Of a DNA stretch of 64,000 nt, positions 53,281 to 64,000 are shown one piece after another. Position numbers and translations under genes: made by a program. This DNA is from Tubiluchus corallicola (Eukaryota; Animalia; Priapulida), in NCBI GenBank assembly GCA_030141605.1, contig JAQGDQ010000025.1, positions 726,907 through 790,906 on the forward strand. Reading direction: 5' to 3'. The notes beneath the pieces were generated by a model. It saw only the letters and a program-made list of their open reading frames with translations, searched no databases and was not told the origin of the DNA. How positions within the stretch are numbered: position 1 is the stretch's first letter; the number at the start of each line of letters is the position of its first letter.

Positions 53281-55401
53281 TGTGAGTTGTGTGTTGGAAT
53301 GCTGTAAAATGTCCTTATATCATAATTTCATGGAGGAACAAGATCTAAGCATACTGGTTTTCAACAAAAATTCTCGCATTCAGCTTGTTAACTTGCCAAG
53401 AATGGCAGAATATTATTTTTTATTTGAGAAGTGATTTCCAAAAATAGTATAATATTCATTTCACTTTATAAAATCATCGAAAGATCGTATTTACCTTATT
53501 GTACAAACTCTTGCTCCATCACTTTCTTGATACGATTTCTAAAACTGTTTAATTAATCAAAATCAGCATGCGTATAAATTCAAGGACTCCACTGTTTTGA
53601 CATTTATTTAGTCGATCGAAAAACTAAAGGTACGCAACATTGTAGGACCTTTTTAAATTCTACTAACTTAAAGATAACATTAATAGACAAAGGGTCCTAC
53701 TATCCAAGATCCTACTATACTTGCGTTGCAGGAGACTAACTAACAAGAGAAGAAATTCAGAAGTAAGTAAAAAGCTGAAATGCTGAACTGATACATCTTA
53801 AAGTTTTCACTGAATTTTGTTGAATGCCGTAAAAGACAAATATAAGAATAATCTAAGCATTCGATCGTTCCCGAATATCTGTGTTGAACAAATTTTAGTC
53901 TAATTATTAACTCAAAAATGAAAATTCCTCACAATAAGAAAATGAGAAACACAATGTTTCAGTTCAGTAACGAACTGTTTTGAGGCGAAAAGCAAAAAAT
54001 GAAATGAACAATAAAAAACGCAACTAAGAACTACTTTTTTATTTTAGAAATAATGATGTCAGTAAGCAATTATCAAGAACAACAAGCTGGCTTATTAAGG
54101 TGAACTTAGGTAAACTGTCTGTGGCGCGTTTATAGATTCTAGACTTCTACTACAAAAACTCCATATAATGATAGTATAGTACTCATTCTGATGGTTTCTA
54201 AAAATCTAAATTAACTAACTAAATTGGAATAAATTTGAAATTTTATAATTATAACAGTCTGATCTAAACAAAACGTCCGAGTAAAACAAATAATACAATA
54301 TTAGGCGGTATTGTAAAATCAATTTTACCTGTCTAGAAATATAACATCTCAAAACCCGTCTTTTACTTTTTTAATTTCCAGCTCATAATACGCAACATAA
54401 ACGATTATTGACACCGATTCAGAAAACGCCTTTTATTGAATGAAAAATAAATTGTTGGAAACAGTAGATAGACTCGCGTGAGTCTGTTGTTGGTTTTCAT
54501 TTCGGGATGCAATCTAATTACGACCACGAGCGGTTTAGGAAGCATTAGTTCGCACCCCATCAAAGCGAATTGAATTTGTTCGAGAACGGATCGGGCAAAA
54601 TCTCTCATACTTACTGAAAAGCGCTCACAAACCCGAACAAGATTATCCCTATAAACGTGGCGGTTGTACGGGAAATAGAAACAGAAACTCTTTCATTCGC
54701 TTAAACACTTACTGCGCTTAATAAACGCTTTGCGCGAAGCTTTGTCGCGGAAAAAGCTGCCAGAACTAATCTATTTTTCGCCATTCATACGACGCTTTCA
54801 ACAAGTTTTTCGCAAATTCTTGATAATTTAAATAAAAGGATGATCTGGTTAAGCACTGCATTATTGCACAAGAGTAACACGTTCCCTGTCAACTGGTTCT
54901 ATTCAATTTGACGAAACCACGCGCAAGTGGATTTGCACAAACTGTTCATGTTTATTAAGATACGAAAACACGTAGCTTAAATGTGGCTTCCGAATGAAGC
55001 TGTCAAAAGTACATTTTGCTGGTTTCGGCGAAGGAAAAATCTGACGAAAATGTTTAATATTGTCTCTCGTCACGTGTTTCTAGAAGTTTTTCTTATCCTG
55101 ATATTTTTATATTGCTAAAAATTCGTAACGTTGCGTTGAAATACCGAACACGTATTTAATAACTTATTAAATCCTGCCTGTATTTAACACCACGTCTCTG
55201 TAGAGTTTCACCACAAAATGCCATATTAGGGGAACTATAAGCCAAACAGAAGAATGATTTTTTACTATATATACGATACGACGCCTTACCTCGAAACGGA
55301 CGGAACACATTCGATGAAAAACAGATCAAAATATAAACACAATTTAAAAAGAATATATATACAGTAGTGAATAATAGAGTTCATTAACTGTGAAAAAAAT
55401 A

Positions 55402-55745
55402 CTAATTGACTAATTGTCCTTCTTCCTCTTTTCTTTCTTCACATGCTACACGTTTCCTGAATTTATTACACGTTTTCCCTGTTGTTGTTCTCCACGATGG
55501 TCGATCTTCTACGATTCTTTGCCATTCATCCAGAACTTCGCCACATTTCAAAGCGCTTTTACAGGTATCCTTGTATCTTAGCTTAGGCCGTCCAATGGGG
55601 CGTGTCTCTTCTATTAGTTCTCCATACAGAAGGGCTTTCACTGGTCTCTCATTATCCATTCTAGATACAAGGCCCAGCCAGCGCAGTCTACTTCTTACCA
55701 ATTTGATTTCGATGTCTTCAATACCAGCAAGAGTTAAAATTTTTT
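55402..55745 (-). mobile_element. RTE-clade LINE 3' ORF fragment
   Basis: LRWLGLVSRMDNERPVKALLYGEL...RPIGRPKLRYKD is the post-RT signature of RTE/BovB-like elements. Confidence 0.88.
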
Positions 55746-56734
55746 ACTAGTCACATGTTAAAGTATACGTAACAATACCCACGTGTCATTTTAGCAAAAG
55801 TCTAAAACATTCTAGCCATAATACAAATTTTATTGCACAATTATAGATTCTAGACAGTATTAACAGTTTTGTAGAGTCAAATATTAGCACACTACTATAA
55901 CAAGTGAATCATTTTATAACCATAACTATTTAGTTTTTACCTATTAATTTTAAATTACAGTTTCAGTATTATAATATACAAACTTATTTATTCACGTTTT
56001 GCTCTAATTCTAGATCACCAAGCCAGATTAACTAATCTGTAGACATCAATGAGTCTAACTAAAAGCATGAGCTGTATTTAGTCTGTTAAAAATTTATCTG
56101 AGGGCATTCAATTCGCATTGCTTGAACCATTTCCATGCGTCAAAAGTATTAAAGTTCGAATACCGACGTCATACATATTTTTCATCAAAGTATATTTTTT
56201 AAATAATTTTTACTAGTAACTATGCAAAAGTAAGTGAAGAGAAAGCATGTTATTAGCTTCAGTTTGTGCAATTCCGGGTGGCGGTAGTGCATGGATTTTT
56301 CTTACTTCGTAATGGCGGGTCACAGTTACTTTCTCCTGTCATTCTTCGTGAATCATAATATTGACAGTCAGCCTCTCATCTGGTTAAACACCAACTTTTG
56401 AGGGCTAACACGTGCTTTGCGCCAATATTTGTATTTGACATCTGATTTTAGTATTTTTAAAGCGTAGATACCACCAGCAGGCAGAGTCGTGTAATTGGAA
56501 CCACAATGATCTGCAATCGGGCGCTCCATTTTGCTAAACGTTAACTGTTGACTTAGCAAACTATTGAAATTTATCATCAACATCCGTTTGTGTTTGTTAA
56601 AACAGGAAAATTTATGTTTGGTAGCACAGTGCAACAGAGTTTACTTTGCTCCTCAGAGATATATCTGATTGAAATCGAATAGAAAATTCCAACAAGTTTT
56701 GAAATCAGACGAAAACTCTATCTCCTTCTTTTGT

Positions 56735-57130
56735 CGCCTGTTTTCTTTTGTTTTTCTCCTCTGCTTGCCCCTCTCTCTCTTTTTGCCTCTTTGTCTCTCT
56801 CTCTCTTTTTCCCTCTCTGTCTCTCTCTTCCCCTCTCTCTTTCTTTTTCCCTCTCTGTCTCTCTCTTACTTTCCCCTCTGTCTCTTTCTTTTTCCTCTCT
56901 CACTTTTCCCCTCCTCTCTCTCTCTCTCTCTCGCTCTCTCTCTCTCTTTCTTTTCCCCTCTCTCTTTCTCGCCTTTGCGCTCCCTCTCCCTGCATCTCTG
57001 CTTTCCTCTGCCGGTTTCAGTCTCTCATTTATATCTTTTTCCTCCCCCTTTCTGTTTTTTCTGTCCTTTTCCTCACATTTTCTTGCTTATTTTAGTCTTT
57101 CTTGTGCACATCATTCTTTCTTCTCCGTTT
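56735..57130. repeat. CT-rich polypyrimidine low-complexity tract
   Basis: Degenerate (CT)n. Confidence 0.9.
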
Positions 57131-60100
57131 TTAAAAATTTATCTCTGTTCGTCCTCTGTTACCTTTTTTCATAATTTTTTGTTAATTACCAACTACTGTT
57201 TTCCTTTCTTTATCAAATACCTCTAAGAGTACAAATAGAAAGATTTCAATAATTACCTGCCTGCAAATTTGGCAAATGATCTTAAACCAGGATGAAGTTT
57301 TTTTACACAAACAGGTTGAAGATCACAGTGTGAGTAGGAATGCTGATAGTTCGCACGAAAAACCAAACTTATATAAAACTGCAGTTTTTGGTTTTGGCAT
57401 AATTATTTCAGGTGGTTACGACACAGTATAGTAATCAATGCTAAAGTTTTTAGACGAATTACTATACTGTGTTTCTGGTAAACTCTTCTGCTAAAGAGGG
57501 ATCTAGTTCAATAAAAAATAGGAAGAGATGGGAAGATAGAAAGAGTGAAGGAAAATGTACAAAATGAAAAAACAATAAGGAAAAAAGAAAAACGAAAACG
57601 AACGAATGAAAGTAGTAAGAAAAAAGGAGGAAAGAAAGAAAGAAAGAAAACAAAGCAAAACAAAACAAAACAAACAAATATACAAAAACAACGGAAATTT
57701 GAAAGCAAAAAAGAATTAATCGAACAGTTAGTAATAAGTCGCAATGCTTAAAAAGAAACAGTCATATATTATTAGTAATGCGACAAATTCACCCAGTGGA
57801 GTTATCTTGTTTGCTACCAAAAAAATTATACTTTGTTCGAATTTATTTTTGATTTTGGCATTCTGCAAAAGCAGCTAACATTCAACGGCAGATTCTACTT
57901 ATGTTGATGGTTGTGGTTGCGCATTAGCAAAGAAAAATTCTCCAAGATTAGGAAGCGGAACGGATGATGTATCTTAGCTACGTGCGTGTTCATCGGTCTC
58001 TCAGTGAGGTAAAACTATAAACTTTGTCAAAGTCAGGGCTTCATAGATTGCTGAAACCAGATTGGGCGTCGTCTTGCGCATGCGTAGTGCCGTTTAAATT
58101 GGTTTAATGCATCGAATAAAAATCCAAGTGGAGCGTTATTAATAACTCACGACACGTGTTTTATACGCGAATATTTGTGAAGCGTTTCGGGCCCCTTGCT
58201 TACACATAAAACAGGACAGCGTAGAAAAAGTGAAGACACGTACACCACGAACAGATGCGATGTCATAAACTGGCTGACAGATGCTTGATTTATCTTCAAA
58301 TGATGCACTCGTATAAAATCCAATCCGCGCCAACTTACTCTAAAATAGTAAATAGGGACTAGGTTAAGAATGAGGAGGAAATCCTATACTAATTGCTCGG
58401 CACGCGACGATGTACAACTGGTATGCCTGCGCTTCTTCAGTTACTTGTTTACGCAACTCGCCGTAAGATTTTTTTCAGCTTCGCATATTTTGCTATCAAT
58501 ATAATATCACTTTAGAAGCGTCCGTCAATTATAAGGGCGGGTATAAAACGTTAGGGCTGTTAATGAAATTAGGAGTCAGATTAGCAACGAAAATCAGTTT
58601 ACGTACTGCAACAAGCTATTGTAATGAATAAAAAAACAAAGTTAATCAACTTTTCAATGACGTCTTCAGTATACTCCCACTGTAAGTCTACGTGGCCACA
58701 GTTACACACATTATCTGTAAATTTTTCCAGGTTGAACCTTTTCAGTTTAAGTACGCGTATTCATCCAGCTATTCATAATTCGAACTGTTGTACACTTTTT
58801 TTGCAAAAAGTTGATGAATATTGATTTGCTACAATATTGCAATTTTTATCACTTTGTAATAATATCTGTGATATCCTCCTAGCCAGGCATACCTAATTTT
58901 TATTGTCCATCTTGAATTCTGACCATTGCTTTTTGTCTCCATGTTGGGATCACCTAAAGAGCTATTCCACATAAACACTTAACTAAATTTGATGATATTG
59001 GTAACAGCCATAATGCCTAGCCCTAGTCTATTTAACTTGGCTTTCTTGTTTGACCTTTGGTCTCCTAGACCCGACTGGACTACTTTCCTGTACATGCCTG
59101 TCAGATAAAAGATGTGAACGAAAACTGCCATCAGATTTGGCGACAGTGCCAGTCAGTTTTCAGATTCTACTGGACATTCACGGTTAAACAAGCAAAAACG
59201 AAAATTTTTTCATCATCAATTTTGACTATTCCTTTTTATATTATCTTATCAAAGAGAATAAGGCGAATGTTTAATAAATAAGGCGAATACGGAGAATAAG
59301 GCGAATACGTTTACTTCATCATGACGTTTGGTTACACTAGCGCCAGTCGCTTTTAAATACTACCCTGGAGTCGTGAACAAACAGATAGACAAACAAAAAC
59401 AGTAAACTGTGACTTTGTTTAATGACATTTCAGTTTTGTATTTTGTTCAGCTGATTCATAAAGCATTAACACAAATAACCTTGCCAGATTTGATGACGTC
59501 GACGTTCTGCTATTTTCTTGATACTATTCCAGAAGACGAATGTAAAAAATGCGCATAATGACTGTGACATCTACCATTTTGTCTTAGCGTTTATTTCAGG
59601 TAGAAAGAGTAATCGTTCAGTTTCTTTATACTATCCTGTTTGGCTTTCTTTTATACTATGAAACTGATACACTAGACCAATTTTTCCACATACACCTCAT
59701 TTCATTAGATGGGTAAAAAGCAGCTAAAGAAAATGTAATGTTACCGACAAAATGTATGCTCTAAAAGGGAATATGTGCAAAATAAAAAAGTGATGCAGCA
59801 AAGTGATAAATACAATCTATAAAATGCCATTTTAATTTGTAGGCAAAATAATTGACTGCAATTTGTATTCTTAGTTATTCGCTCATACGTACAGTCAAAA
59901 CTATTGATTGTAATAAAGGTTATTTTTAATTTAATGACTTGTGATTGATTTTTAAGCGACGCATTTTTTTGGATCGCCAAAAGATGTGCTTACATGTCCG
60001 TAAATGGAGTTAGAAAACAGTATTTCTCCTTCAAAGAGATTCCAATATTAAGACTAAACTAAGCTGCCTAACCACTCCGCCTAACAGCAAGCGAAATATA

Positions 60101-62723
60101 CAATAAGAAATAATATTATATAACAACAAGTGAAAACATTTTAAGTGTAGACAAGCTAAACATGTTTCCGTAAACTGAGGATGAAAACTATGAAGTTGCA
60201 CAGTTGAGTAAACGGACCTTTTCAGCGTGAATAAGGTGGCGGGCTTAAGAGTTAAACACCAAATTTCTTTAAGTTGTTTACCGCAGCAGGTTTGTATTTG
60301 TGATGAAGCCACGTCGTCAGAGTTCTTCTGGCGTTTTTCTTGCCACGCGAAATTTCTACTATGCAGAAGCCGAGGATGGAGGACGCTTGGTTTACACGTG
60401 TTTAACGTGCGGATACCATTTCACGGACAGGCAGGAGCAAAAACGCGCTCGTCTTGACAACACCAGCGCAAAAAAATTGTTGCGCGCGTATCTGTGAAGC
60501 CAATAGGTTTACGATGAACATCAGTGTAATGCGAAAAACAACTCCTGCTAGTTGGAAAAACTGCATTCCTGGCCGCAAATATAGAACGTGCAGCTAATTA
60601 TAGGCAGTAGATGTGCCCGCGCTGGGGACGAAGTTTTCATGTCAGAGCACCGTAAAGTGTTTACCGAAATGGCTGGTAAGTGCTGATAAAAAATGCCAGC
60701 TCACAGAGTTAAATGCTTATACCTTTTAGCTATAAAATCTGGGGTGGTACCAGCAAGGAATTTTTTGTTTCAAGGAGTGTAATCTATGTAGAATGTTGTA
60801 ATAACATTAATAACATTAAATACTTAAATCAATTAGTAGCAAAAATTCTTATCTTAAATGGTTTGTAGGAAAATAAGAACATGTAAAAATCATTATAATA
60901 CACAATATTTCGAGGCGAGCAGAGTGGTCACGATATGCACTTAGCTACTAAAGTTAGACAATGCCATCGCTTGGCAGTGAATGTATAGGTGACCTCCGAG
61001 GTCAATATTAGCTCTGAATGATTTCATTTGCCATGCTAGTTGTGGCAGTTTACCTCGTTAAGGGACTGTTTACCTCGAAAAGCCAACAGGTATGCGCAGC
61101 AGAATAAACGCAGAATTTTGACAAGTTCGACAATGGCAAGATGTGGGAAGACATATTCCCATGTATATCTTGAAACTTCTAAAACGTGCACGGGGCCCGA
61201 TCGGGTTGGAGAACCGACAGGGTCCTCAAGCCTATTAACATGTCTCTTCCAGGTGTGAATTAACCTTTACAATATACATGTAATACTATACTGAAGTGGA
61301 AATATTTGCAATGAATTTAAACTTAAATTAATATAAATTGCAAAGAGTAGCTTGTCATTGTACAGTATGACAAAACACTCGAAATGTTATGGACTACAGA
61401 TCAACAATCCATACTACTTTACTATTTTAGTTGACTATTGCAGACGATCATTTAGTACAAGTTGCAGAAACATTTGAAGCATACATTTGCAGAGATATAT
61501 AGTGAAAATATGTAGAGCAGTGAAACTACTTTTGGTCAAAACAAATCAAAATTTTTGTGACTTATTGCATTGCACTATTGTATCATAAAACTGAATCACT
61601 TCTAGACATACATGTTCAATTTTAACTTTAACTTTCAAGTTATTTAATCTTACCAACAAATAAACATTTTCATACTAAATATAATATCATGTGATTTTGC
61701 ACCGTGATTTACAGCAATAGGAATTATAAGAAAACTGGGAAAAAAGAAGTGAGGCGTGAAAGACAGGGTAAGTTGATTTTGTTAGTGAGTTACACACATA
61801 TTGTGAAGCTTACAAACTAATTCTATATCATTAAGCAAAAAATTATCCTTATTCAAATGGCTTGAAGCAAAAGTCGCTTGAATTAAGGACGAATGTTTTA
61901 AGTTTAGATAAGATTTCGGTTTCAAGTCTTTTAGTGGATCCGATATTGCACTTTTTTACGTGAAGCGAAAGCAGACGAATTCGTTTAGCGATATTTTGTC
62001 TATCCTATTTTGCTTCCTGCGTTTTTCTCTAAGCCTTAAACTGAAATGTTTGTTAAACATTTTAAAATCGGGCCGGGAAAAACTGACGCAAGTATAGATA
62101 ACGGATGAAAGATATACAGACATGCAGCGCGCTGAACCAGCATAAACTTCTTTCACCGACGAGAAGAAGTTAAACTTTCAGCGTTTTATCTCCACAGGAT
62201 TGGGTTTAGGGTTTTGTAATTAGAAAAACTTCCTCCGCATGCACAGAGACAGGCTCTGATAAAATGCCACCATGCACCGGCTAAAGTAAACACACTCACA
62301 TAAAAAACAACACGCGATAGATGTGAAATAACTAACTCCAATGTTTTTAAGATGTTGGAACGTTTACCTTCTGTAAACACAGCAGATTTGTAATCTGGAT
62401 TATTATACCAATGTCTTTTTTGATGCAGTACCGAGTAAAAGACTAAAACTAATGTGCAATTAGGCTTATATTATTAAATAGAGTATAATACTAATATTTC
62501 GCTTTGATTAAGTGACTGATTAAACATAAATTTATCACAGGTCAACTTTCCAATAGTCAATTGCACGTATAATAATTATTCTGTATGTATTTTGTTTGGC
62601 ATTGACTGACTGGCTAAATGAGTAAACGACTGAAAAACTGATTGTTTAGAAACTGTATTACTTACTAGCTGACTAATTTACTGGTGGGAGGGTGAATGGT
62701 AATTGGGCAATTTGTTGAGTGGC

Positions 62724-62778
62724 TGAATGAATGAATGAATGAATGAATGAATGAATGAACGAACGAACAAATGAACGA
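62724..62778. repeat. (GAAT)n/(GAAC)n microsatellite
   Basis: Directly visible. Confidence 0.9.
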
Positions 62779-63167
62779 TTAATACAAATCAGCAAGCCAA
62801 CAAATGAACAACAGAAAATAAAAGCGAAAACACCACTCAGTTAGCGAAAACCAAACAAATCAGTCGAACTAGCTCTTCAGTGAATGGATGAATAAATATT
62901 CATTGTAATTTTAGTAATTTTTGAATGCACTAAAACTGAAAATAAAGCACGACGGTTACATGTTGCTGATGTTGCACATTGCTGTGATTTACGACACAAA
63001 TTTGAGTGGTTCACTGGCCGTGAATGCAGTTCAGCAAAGGGATTTTGTGCCTGAATATGAGCTGCCAGTTCGTTACATTTGATTCGTCTGTAAAATCTCT
63101 AAATTAAATTTAAAAATGTAAATTCAAACCGAACACTAGTAGCAAATGTGATTTTTTTTTGCTTCAG

Positions 63168-63296
63168 GAAGTGCCAGCGAGGCAGCTATGGAAACTCTGA
63201 AAAGACAAACTGGAATGCCAGACGAAGTTTGCTTGTGTTACAGTGGTATACCTGGTGCTGTTTACGGAGTTTGCGCAAGATCAAACATAGCTATGG
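63168..63296 (+). CDS. PRDM6: PRDM6-like exon, start of the PR/SET domain (gene continues beyond window)
   Basis: tttgcttcag|GA...ATG G|gtaag, phase 1-1; MPDEVCLCYSGIPGAVYGVCARSNIAMG aligns with PRDM6 [28 protein letters not shown] (recalled sequence). Confidence 0.75.
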
Positions 63297-64000
63297 GTAA
63301 GCTCGAAAGATGAGCGCATTCTTATATAGTGATTTTCATTTACCTTTGCTGGCCGATATGTAGTCCGTTTCAGCAGATTTCATAAGCTGTGCCTCTACCG
63401 ATTTTGATTCGTTTGTTTCTCCAAGAATATTACAATTTATTGCATTCGCTCAATAAAAAGGAAATCCCATAATGGTGTCCAGTAATTGTAGAAGAACTTG
63501 GTGAAAATCTCTGTATGCAACTTAGCAAAAGACACTTGACAATAACACAAATGAATTTTTAGTGACAAGAATAGTGAAATGAATTAGAAAATTAAAAAAA
63601 TCCCGCAATTAAAAACCAAGGAAGAAAACAAAAAGCGCAACATTTCAAAGTACCACTGTACATTATCTTCGTGTGAAAAAAAGCAAAAAACGTCACATGG
63701 AATTACTTGTGCTAATTTTTAGGATGTTTTTACTCGTGCTTTTTATTTCCTGTGCTTCTGTGATTTTTTTCGACGTGCGTGTTTGTGTCATTGTTAGCGT
63801 GATAATTTTATGTGTTAATAATCAAATTTTATGGTACAACCAAAGTTGGGAAGTTGGCGCAGTCACCCGAATGCGAATTCATCTATTTGTGCATGAAGCA
63901 CAAAAATAATTTAATTAATTTACCTTGGGAAACGTGCGCTTGACAAAGTCAAGGGTCTCTGGTGCCCTTGCGACCTTCTCCTTCCCCTTGATCAAAATAA

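Noticed and set aside
54047-54109. Candidate PRDM internal exon
   Set aside because: Available donors give a phase mismatch or an in-frame stop relative to the flanking exons.
60618-60632. RAGDE motif as baculoviral LEF-5
   Set aside because: No following CxxC and an in-frame stop just upstream; a five-residue match is expected by chance.

Overview
AT-rich, intron-rich animal (invertebrate-like) genomic DNA, so the ORF track is mostly spurious. I rebuilt the genes by hand from GT-AG boundaries and reading-frame phases. There are three + strand genes. (1) A galactocerebrosidase (GALC, GH59) gene with 14 phase-consistent exons at 4139-28622; its N-terminal exons are not seen, and both catalytic glutamates are intact. 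(2) A complete 8-exon gene at 34589-40742 for a secreted chitin-deacetylase-like protein (signal peptide, CBM14, LDLa, CE4/NodB domain). All five canonical metal-binding or catalytic Asp/His positions are substituted, making it a probable pseudo-enzyme. (3) The 5' part of a PRDM6-like PR/SET gene from 47603, running off the window, with a candidate alternative first exon at about 60639-60675. Introns and spacers hold piggyBac-, hAT-, Tc1/pogo- and Kolobok-like MITEs, CR1- and RTE-type LINE fragments, micro- and minisatellites and a 122-bp loopless palindrome. CpG looks depleted across the GALC gene body but retained to its right. Two copies of one MITE show this directly as about ten CpG-to-TpG/CpA changes. 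No tRNA, rRNA, CRISPR or prokaryotic system is supported.
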